Origin: Gammaproteobacteria bacterium
GTDB taxonomy: Bacteria > Pseudomonadota > Gammaproteobacteria > G965277405
Direction: 5' to 3'
Length of the DNA stretch: 64,000 nucleotides
Assembly (NCBI GenBank): GCA_965277405.1
Contig: OZ255726.1
Coordinates: 1,376,001-1,440,000, forward strand
The stretch's first letter is position 1. The number at the start of each line of letters is the position of its first letter. This document shows, piece after piece, positions 54,948 to 64,000 of this stretch. The position numbers were made by a program, and so were the translations under genes. A model generated the notes under the pieces. The model worked only from the letters and a program-made list of their open reading frames with translations, was not told the origin of the DNA and searched no databases.

Positions 54948-55983
54948 TGTAAATGCTACGGAGGTGTGTTCACACATCAGCTAACTTAAGAAGCTGGTAC
55001 TGTATTAGTTACTAAACAAAGGAGTACAGCAGGAACAACCCACATCATTGTGCCAAAACAACGTTTCATAGTCGAGAAGTTATGATTCACAGGGTTCTTG
55101 TCGACAAGCACCCTGTGAATCGCGTAGCCAACGATTTTTCCATTTCGCTACTATTCGCTACTAACTGTTTACAAGTGGCTCAGACGCTATACATCAGGTG
55201 GAACATCTGCACTGTACAATCTTTCCAGCAGGCCAATTTCAACCCCAGCTAAGCTCGCTGAGACCTTGGCTCAACGCATCCAAAAACTCTATTTAGAGTC
55301 ACAAATGAATGCACGGAGCATTGCCAAGTATTTGCAATTGGCATACTCCACTGTCACCAAAATTTTGAGACGGCTATGCCTTACAAAAAAGACCTTAAAA
55401 AGAGAAAAAGCGCATCGCTATGAGCATGAACACCCTGGTGACATGCTGCATCTGGACATCAACAAACTGCAACGTTTTACTCCACTGGGCATAAATTTGG
55501 TGCTCCTGCAACAGCAAATACAGGCCATGGTATTGAGGGTGCCCATGTTGGTATTGATGACCATAGTCGATGGGCGTTTGTGGCGGTGCTTCCTGATGGG
55601 AAAAAGGAAACGACTCAGGATTGTATACACCGATCATTGGAGCATTGTTCATCTTTGGGAATAGCGGTGCAACGGCTGATGACAGACAATGGACCTGCAT
55701 ATCGATCAAAGTTCGTAAATAGATATCTTGATGCTTGTCAAATCAAGCACGTTTTTACCAAACCATACAGGCCTCAGACCAACGGAAAAGCAGCAAGGTT
55801 TATACAAACGCTTAGCAAGGAATGGGCATTTTCGCAGCCATAGCAAACAAGTGATGAGCGCAACAAAGCTCTTCCAAAATATCTTAACCACTATAACCTC
55901 AGACGCACACATTCCGCTTTAGGGAGGCTACCACCAGCTGCTAGAATTGTTGGTTTTTGTAAACAACGTGTGTAGTTTTGACA
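54948..55983 (+). mobile_element. IS481-family element with degenerate transposase
   Basis: TGT...ACA imperfect TIRs; RYEH..PGDMLHLD, MTDNG.AY.S, PYRPQTNGKA.RF; start codon lost, frameshifts. Confidence 0.85.
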
Positions 55984-55992
55984 CATAAGGAA

Positions 55993-56243
55993 GGAAGCCC
56001 TGATTAAGTTCATGATGGGCGAGACGAAAAAAAACGCTGATGATAACTAGCCGCAGTGCGCAGATAATACTGGTGGGTCTTGTGGGTATTGCCAAGTGCT
56101 GCAACGACGCAGCGCAGCGTTTTTCCCCGTTGCTGTGTTGCATCCCTTGGCGTATAGCTAGGTCATGCGCTCTCGGTTTGCGCCTTGCAATCATCTGCAA
56201 TTGCAGGCAAACTCGCTCCATCAGCGAGTTAATCAGAGTTTCC
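55993..56243. mobile_element. MITE with IS5-type termini
   Basis: GGAAGCCCTGATTAAGTTCATGATGGGCGAG...GTTAATCAGAGTTTCC. Confidence 0.85.
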
Positions 56244-56271
56244 ATAAGATGGTTATCCTAAGGTTCAACAA

Positions 56272-56925
56272 TTGAATAACAGCGCCGCGCTTGACCTATT
56301 GCATGGTGCTATCCAAGCGAGCAATGCCACTGTCAAGACAGGAGCTGATCAAAAAATAATCGACTTCCTGAATGTGCTAGCACAATGGAATGCCGTTCAT
56401 AGCTTAAGCGGCCGCTCTGGATTGCGCGCGTGGATTGCTATTGACGTTATCGACAGCCTACAATGCTTGTTCACCTTGCAACACACACCCGCAAGCAGCA
56501 ACGCCTGCAACGTGGTTGACCTTGGGTCTGGCAATGGGTTTCCGTCGATAATTCTGGCGTGTTGTAGCGACATGCAAATCTTCTGCATTGAACGCAGGCA
56601 GAAAAAAGCTGCATTCTTACGCCATATCATCATGGAGCTACAGCTTACCAACGCAAAAGTTTTTGCGATAGACTCCAGCCAGTTTCACCCCAACAGCAGA
56701 ATTGATGCACTCGTTACTCGTGCATTTGGCAACTTCAACGATATTATTGCTGCTAGCCAGCACTTCATGCAGCATGCCACGTATGTCTGCATAAAAAGCG
56801 ACTCAATACAAAACCAGCAACAACAACATATGGCACAACACCTTATGGCTACACACGTAGTCAACAACATACGTACACAGTCGCGCCACAACCTGCTGCA
56901 CACATTTCAGTTGCCAGTAGCGTGA
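56272..56925 (+). CDS. rsmG: 16S rRNA m7G527 methyltransferase
   Basis: QWN..H.L, IDSL, VDLGSGNGFP.I, KK..FL, TRAF; upstream of parA. Confidence 0.85.
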   Translation: MNNSAALDLLHGAIQASNATVKTGADQKIIDFLNVLAQWNAVHSLSGRSGLRAWIAIDVIDSLQCLFTLQHTPASSNACNVVDLGSGNGFPSIILACCSDMQIFCIERRQKKAAFLRHIIMELQLTNAKVFAIDSSQFHPNSRIDALVTRAFGNFNDIIAASQHFMQHATYVCIKSDSIQNQQQQHMAQHLMATHVVNNIRTQSRHNLLHTFQLPVA

Positions 56926-57704
56926 GCGATTTTCACCGTTTTATTACTATTTCCAACCAAAAAGGTGGCGTTGGGAAAACCACAACTGCCATCAACCTCA
57001 GCGCATCGCTGGCAGCCGCAGGATATAAAGTATTGCTGATAGACATAGACCCGCAGGGCAATGCCACAATGGGTTCTGGGATTGAAAAAACCCAACTCAA
57101 AGTTGGTATAGATTCAGTACTGCTGAATAACTGCCCCCCAGAAAACGCCATCATCAGCAATACCGTTGGCGGCTATGATGTGCTGCCCACCAACAACAAC
57201 TTAGTTGCGCTAGAAGTTGAATTGCTTACCAAAAAAAACCGTGAATATACGCTACAAAATCAATTGAGCGGCATTGCCAAACACTATAACTTTATGATTG
57301 CCGACTGCCCGCCAGGACTAAATATTTTGACAGTCAACGCCTTGGTCGCCGCGGATAGTGTCTTGGTACCAATTCAATGCGAATACTATGCCCTCGAAGG
57401 ACTCAGCGACTTACTGCGCACCATCAAGCAACTCCAAGTACGCGCCAACCAAAAGCTAGAAGTCGAAGGGATGTTACGCACCATGTACGACCCGCGCACC
57501 GTCCTCTCACGAGATGTCTCACAACAACTCGTCAAACACTTTGGTGATCAGGTACTCAACACCGTGATTCACAGAAACATTCGTCTTGCAGAGTCACCCA
57601 GCCATGGAGTTCCAGCCATGGTATACGATAAATTTTCGAGCGGCGCAGTGCATTATCATGCACTTGCTGGCGAAATTCTACGCCGCCATAAACTGGTAGT
57701 GTAG
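56922..57704 (+). CDS. parA: Chromosome partitioning ATPase
   Basis: NQKGGVGKTTT, DIDPQGNAT, DCPP, QCEYYALEG, RLAESPSHG. Confidence 0.95.
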   Translation: MSDFHRFITISNQKGGVGKTTTAINLSASLAAAGYKVLLIDIDPQGNATMGSGIEKTQLKVGIDSVLLNNCPPENAIISNTVGGYDVLPTNNNLVALEVELLTKKNREYTLQNQLSGIAKHYNFMIADCPPGLNILTVNALVAADSVLVPIQCEYYALEGLSDLLRTIKQLQVRANQKLEVEGMLRTMYDPRTVLSRDVSQQLVKHFGDQVLNTVIHRNIRLAESPSHGVPAMVYDKFSSGAVHYHALAGEILRRHKLVV

Positions 57705-57709
57705 CAACA

Positions 57710-57870
57710 GTAAAAATTCAGCGGGCGGAATGTTGCGCAGCATTTGCAAATGCTCTTTTTTGGCAGCAACATGCAATGACAGCGTCTTGTTGCTAACACG
57801 ATCATCCAATGTCACCAGCCACCCAGTGTGGTTACTGCCAAGGACGGGGCTTATCAGATCACTATTCCAC
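57710..57870 (-). pseudogene. Possible IS30-family transposase fragment
   Basis: VLGSNHTGWLVTLDDRVSNKTL resembles the region after the first IS30 catalytic Asp; short and degenerate. Confidence 0.35.
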
Positions 57871-57895
57871 ACACTGTAAGCTATGAGCCATACGC

Positions 57896-59164
57896 TTACA
57901 TGTATGGGAGATACATAGCTAGCCCTGGCAAAAACCACAGCAAAATTGCTGTGCCAAGCATAATAGCCACAAAAGGCCATACGCCTTGAATAACTTCTGG
58001 TAACTTTGCCTTGCCAACGGCTTGAACAACAAAGAGGTTCATGCCAACGGGCGGAGTTATCAAGGCACATTCGATCATGATAACAAATATAATCCCAAAC
58101 CAGATGGGATGAAGCCCCAGCAGCGCAAGAGGCTCAATAAGAACTGGCATCATAATCAACAGCATGCTCAAAGATTCAAGAAAGAGACCCATAACCAACA
58201 AAACGATACAAATAACCAGTATAAAGAGCCAAGGTTCAGTAAAAGCAGTTGCAACAAACGCTGTTATGGCTTGAGGAATTTGATAAATCGTAATGGATTT
58301 GCCAAAAAGTGCGGCAGCGGCCACAATCAATAAAATGGTTACCGTTGTTTTCATTGCAGCCATGGCTGCTGAGTGAATATCTGCAAAGGTATTTTTTCGT
58401 TTTGCCAGAACAATTGCCAGAGCAAGCACGAAACCGACACCCGCAGCTTCGCTTGGTGTAAACATCCCTCCATAGATACCACCAACAACCACAAAAGCGA
58501 TAAATACTACTGGTAATGCGGCTACTGTTGCTGCTAACCTTTCTTCTCTAGAGGCTTTTTCTGAACGAATATAACTATTGTTAAATTTGGCAAAAATAAA
58601 GCTATAAAAGATAAACATACTTGCCAAAAAAATCCCTGGACCAATGCCAGCAAGAAAAAGCTTGGGTATTGATGCCTCAGTAATCACACCATAAATAATC
58701 ATGGGGATGGAAGGAGGAATTAAAATACCAAGTGTTCCTCCGGCTGCAACCAAGCCTAGTACAAAGAATTTTGGATAACCTCTTTGAGTCATTTCAACTA
58801 TAACCACTGTGCCGACGGTTGCTGCAGTTGCAACAGATGATCCGGAAATTGCGGCAAAAAGCGCACATGTAATAACCGTCGCAACAGCCAATCCTCCCGG
58901 CCAATGACCAACCCAGGATTGCACCGCTCTAAAAAGGTCTGAGCCAATGCCACCAACTAACAATACATGAGACATTAACAAAAACAGAGGGACAGCGAGC
59001 AGTTCAAAGCTATCAATCCCAGAAATCATAAACTGACTTACCATGATCATAGGTAAGCCCTTAAGCCATAATAAAATAGTCCCAAGAGAAGCCATCGCAA
59101 TCGCCACAGGCACCCGCAGCAGCAACAAGCAGATTAGGGCGAGTAGAATAAATAGCGTATCGAT
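57896..59164 (-). CDS. dctM: TRAP transporter large permease
   Basis: ISGSSVATA, GGTLGILIPPS, ITPPVGMNLF; frame extends to an ATC codon at 59164 behind an AGGA RBS. Confidence 0.9.
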   Translation of the reverse strand: MDTLFILLALICLLLLRVPVAIAMASLGTILLWLKGLPMIMVSQFMISGIDSFELLAVPLFLLMSHVLLVGGIGSDLFRAVQSWVGHWPGGLAVATVITCALFAAISGSSVATAATVGTVVIVEMTQRGYPKFFVLGLVAAGGTLGILIPPSIPMIIYGVITEASIPKLFLAGIGPGIFLASMFIFYSFIFAKFNNSYIRSEKASREERLAATVAALPVVFIAFVVVGGIYGGMFTPSEAAGVGFVLALAIVLAKRKNTFADIHSAAMAAMKTTVTILLIVAAAALFGKSITIYQIPQAITAFVATAFTEPWLFILVICIVLLVMGLFLESLSMLLIMMPVLIEPLALLGLHPIWFGIIFVIMIECALITPPVGMNLFVVQAVGKAKLPEVIQGVWPFVAIMLGTAILLWFLPGLAMYLPYM

Positions 59165-59173
59165 AGTTTTTTC

Positions 59174-59695
59174 CTATTCTACAAGGTCTAATTCACTGGA
59201 TATTTCTTCCTCTCCTGTAAATGTTTTATAAACTTCAGAAATGCACTGGAGAAAAAGTAGTCCTAGACCTATAAGTAAGGAGATTTGAATAATCCACATG
59301 GGAATTGCGAGGACACTGTCCGTTGTCGCAGAGGTTTTAAGAGAATAACTAATATCCTTGAAACTATTTATGCTAACAAGAACACAAAATACAGCCGTAA
59401 GAGTAAGCGCAAACATATCCAAAATTTTACGGACGGTAACATTGATATTGTCACCGATAATATCCACAATAATTAAACTTTTTTTTTGTAAAGCAAAAGC
59501 CACACCCAGATAAACACACCATATCTGAGCAATTTGAGAGAATTCTTCTGTCCATTTTGTCGGCATGCCAAATTTACGCATCACCACTTCATACGTTACG
59601 CAAAACCCAACGAAAACAAATATCCATGCCGTAACAACACCAGAATACCATGAAGCTTTATCAATGGCTTTTGAGAGTAGTCTAAGTAATTTCAT
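59174..59695 (-). CDS. dctQ: TRAP transporter small permease
   Basis: Four TM helices, EVVMR, WTEE; located between dctP and dctM. Confidence 0.88.
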   Translation of the reverse strand: MKLLRLLSKAIDKASWYSGVVTAWIFVFVGFCVTYEVVMRKFGMPTKWTEEFSQIAQIWCVYLGVAFALQKKSLIIVDIIGDNINVTVRKILDMFALTLTAVFCVLVSINSFKDISYSLKTSATTDSVLAIPMWIIQISLLIGLGLLFLQCISEVYKTFTGEEEISSELDLVE

Positions 59696-59804
59696 GAAAA
59701 ACACAGAGATGAGATACGCGGCAAATTATCTTATCGCATGGAAATTAAATCGGGAATAACAACTGACATTACTGCTGACTGTGTTGAGTTAATCTCGGTG
59801 CTGA

Positions 59805-60797
59805 TTATAGCTTACCAGCTTCTGTAACGATAGCTTGACCCATTGCCCCTGCTCTTTTCACATAAGCATTAACAACAGACTCTGTGGCCTTTTTCCAGAC
59901 AGATCTTTGCTCGTCAGTCAGCTCGATAATTTTAATCTTATCCGCAAGGAACTCACGTGCTGCATTTTCTGTGTTGACAATTGAAGTTCGCAACTCTTGC
60001 TCAACACGCTTTCCAGCTTTGCTAACTACCGCGCGCTCTGAGTCAGTCAACGCTTTCCATACATCATTATTGATAACCACGATGAATTCAATATCCAAGT
60101 GATTGGTCAAAGTCAGGTAATCCATAACCTCATACAACTTACGCGATCGTACAGCAGTAATTCCTGTCATACCAGCATCAACAGTGCCATTTTGGTATGC
60201 CAGAAACTGTTTCGAGCCCGACATAATTGTCGGAGCGGCTCCAATCGCTGCAATTGTGTCAGAAATTGTCGCACCAAATGATCTGATTTTTAATCCTTTA
60301 GCATCTTCTGGAACAATAATTGGTTTATCACCTTTAGTTAAAATTACTGCTCCACCATATGCTTGATACCACAAAGGCTTAGCACCAGTTTTTTCAATTG
60401 CTGGATCAAGAATGTTGCGAATTGAACTTCCTGGAGCAGTAGCTGCTGTAATTTTGTCGGCATCATCAAACAGGAAAGGAACATAAAAAGCATCAACAGC
60501 AGGAACAGTACCGACAAAACGCGTTAAGGATGCCACCCCCATTTCGATTGCCCCAGATGCCACAGCCTGTGGAACTTCTTTATCTTTAAACAATTGAGCA
60601 GAAGGGTAGATTTCAATTTTAACTTCACCATTTGTCTCTCGCTCAACTTCTTCCTTGAAGCTCATAACATTTTGCCCAAGAGGGTGGGTCAAAGGTAGCT
60701 GAAGGGTTAGCCGTAACGTTGTCTCTCCTGCTTGCGCAAAACCAGAGAAAGAAGACAGAGTTATTCCAGCGAAAAGACCCAGAAATAATTTTTTCAT
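59805..60797 (-). CDS. dctP: TRAP transporter substrate-binding protein
   Basis: Signal peptide, F.EEVE..T.G.V....YP..QL, KGLKIR, Q.GTVD; GGAGG RBS. Confidence 0.92.
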   Translation of the reverse strand: MKKLFLGLFAGITLSSFSGFAQAGETTLRLTLQLPLTHPLGQNVMSFKEEVERETNGEVKIEIYPSAQLFKDKEVPQAVASGAIEMGVASLTRFVGTVPAVDAFYVPFLFDDADKITAATAPGSSIRNILDPAIEKTGAKPLWYQAYGGAVILTKGDKPIIVPEDAKGLKIRSFGATISDTIAAIGAAPTIMSGSKQFLAYQNGTVDAGMTGITAVRSRKLYEVMDYLTLTNHLDIEFIVVINNDVWKALTDSERAVVSKAGKRVEQELRTSIVNTENAAREFLADKIKIIELTDEQRSVWKKATESVVNAYVKRAGAMGQAIVTEAGKL

Positions 60798-61009
60798 AAA
60801 TTAACCTCCCTGTATAAACTATAATTTTTGATATCTGCAAAGTTCTGTTGCAAAGTTGAATGCGATTGTATTCAAGGCTTTGTTTTATGGAACCTATGAT
60901 TAAAATATTTCTTAAGTTTGCAGCGGATCCTGCAATGTTGCGCGGTCCGCTTTCTAAATTAACTGTATGGGGCATTATGCTTACATAGAAAATATTTGAC
61001 ATCCTCTCC

Positions 61010-61170
61010 GTCTTGTTAATTGCAGGGACAATCAATACCCCCACCGCCAACACCGGTGGTGTTAATCAGACCGCCACTGATAATTCCTGTCTGCACACCA
61101 AGTCCATTGGTCTGCGTCAGCACCGCCATCAGTTGTTCTACAGTAAAATATGCCATCCAATCCATAAATT
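61010..61170 (-). pseudogene. Possible TauE/SafE-family exporter fragment
   Basis: GIISGG....TGVGGG continuing as VLIVPA in another frame. Confidence 0.4.
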
Positions 61171-61212
61171 GTTTGCGAGAAAATTGAATCGACATGCCTC
61201 GTTGCGTAGTAT

Positions 61213-61944
61213 ATGGCAATGACAAACTTGCAAGCATCTCCAGCTACATATACGCGCCCTCTACTGCATACGCCAAACGGCAGTAAAGCTGTGGTGCTTC
61301 ACTCTTGCTGTGCGCCATGTTCTGGAGAAGTAATCGCAGCAATCGTAGCTAGCGATATTGCGCTTACTGTGTTTTTTTACAACCCCAATATTCACCCACG
61401 CCAAGAGTATGAAATTCGCAAGCAAGAAAATATCCGCTACTGCCACGACAACAACATCAATTTTGTCGATGGCGACTACGACGCCGAATATTGGTTTGAG
61501 CGCGTAAAAGGGCAGGAATTACTCCCAGAACGCGGCGAGCGCTGTACCACCTGTTTTGACATGCGTTTCGAAGTAACAGCAGCTTTCGCTCACAGCCGTG
61601 ATATCTGGGTATTTACTTCCTGTTTGGGTATTTCACGCTGGAAAGATATGAATCAAATCAACGCCAGCGGCATTCGTGCCAGCCAGCGTTTTGACGGTCT
61701 TGAATATTGGACATACAATTGGCGAAAAATGGGCGGGTCACAACGGATGATTGCGATATCAAAAACGGAGAATTTCTACCAACAAGAGTATTGTGGCTGT
61801 ATTTATAGTCTGCGTGATACCAATAAACATCGGCTATCGCGCGGTCGCGAGCGCATTACTCGCGGCGTGCGTTATTATGGAATTGCCCAGGATCACCCTG
61901 CTATCCAACAACAAATTGGCAACAACCGCGGTGTTGCCGAATAA
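61213..61944 (+). CDS. queH: Epoxyqueuosine reductase QueH (DUF208)
   Basis: [33 protein letters not shown]. Confidence 0.92.
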   Translation: MAMTNLQASPATYTRPLLHTPNGSKAVVLHSCCAPCSGEVIAAIVASDIALTVFFYNPNIHPRQEYEIRKQENIRYCHDNNINFVDGDYDAEYWFERVKGQELLPERGERCTTCFDMRFEVTAAFAHSRDIWVFTSCLGISRWKDMNQINASGIRASQRFDGLEYWTYNWRKMGGSQRMIAISKTENFYQQEYCGCIYSLRDTNKHRLSRGRERITRGVRYYGIAQDHPAIQQQIGNNRGVAE

Positions 61945-61961
61945 GGCGATGTTATGGCTTA

Positions 61962-61996
61962 TGAAACCTCTGATTAAGTCCATGATGGGCGAGACG
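61962..61996. mobile_element. MITE end stub
   Basis: TGAAACCTCTGATTAAGTCCATGATGGGCGAGACG. Confidence 0.7.
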
Positions 61997-62008
61997 AAGC
62001 ATGCGTGT

Positions 62009-63492
<1,484 letters not shown>

Positions 63493-63499
<7 letters not shown>

Positions 63500-63960
63500 A
63501 TCAAGATCAGTATTGGATGGAACAGGCATTGCTGCAAGCCAAATGCGCCTATGCCAACCACGAAGTACCGATTGGTGCAATTATTATTGCAAATAATACG
63601 GTAATAGGCATTGGTGCCAATGCACCAATAGCCAATTGCGACCCCACCGCCCACGCAGAAATCATCGCCATTCGCGATGCAGCACAACGCATCAACAACT
63701 ACCGACTTAGCAACGCTACCTTGTATTCCACCATTGAGCCGTGCGCTATGTGTGTTGGCGCAATGATTCACGCACGGATTACCCGACTGGTATTTGGGGC
63801 ATTTGAGCCGAAAACTGGCGCTGTCTCCTCTGCATTTCAACTGCTTGATGGCTGCCGCCATAACCACACTATCGAATACCATGGCGGCGTCCTCCATGAC
63901 CGCGCCCAACAGCTATTACAATCATTTTTTTCTAAACGTCGCGGCAAGCATCCCGCATGA
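63493..63960 (+). CDS. tadA: tRNA adenosine-34 deaminase
   Basis: EVPIGA, DPTAHAE, NYRL, EPCAMC.GAM.HAR, FF..RR. Confidence 0.95.
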
Positions 63961-64000
63961 ATAATTCCATGCTCTGGCAACCAACTGCTGCTGCTATTGC

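Overview
64 kb from a proteobacterial chromosome, probably host-associated, undergoing an IS expansion. From left to right it holds: a TonB-receptor/hemophilin/Slam (type XI secretion) heme-uptake locus running into a tandem array of coiled-coil repeat genes; housekeeping genes (nadE, hns, cyclophilin, thrC, trxA, guaB, ribF, katG-oxyR); an oxidative L-fucose pathway split over two sites; and a complete type II-C CRISPR-Cas9 system (tracrRNA, cas9-cas1-cas2, 104 full repeats). After the array come a PRTase + DprA (ShosTA-like) defence pair, two decayed Mu-like prophage remnants (one with a MuF-metallopeptidase fusion and partner gene), rsmG-parA, a TRAP transporter, queH, glnK, a GH84 and tadA. 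Eight copies of one IS5 element and many MITEs and stubs sharing its termini are scattered throughout. The most unusual observations are: a diverged 41-codon duplicate of the Cas9 RuvC-I N-terminus with its own RBS just upstream of cas9; an 11.4-kb block bracketed by bare IS5 ends whose inversion would re-join the fucose operon; the PRTase-DprA cassette; and spacer pairs that record repeated acquisition from the same target loci. All calls come from manual reading and motif recognition; no database searches were run.
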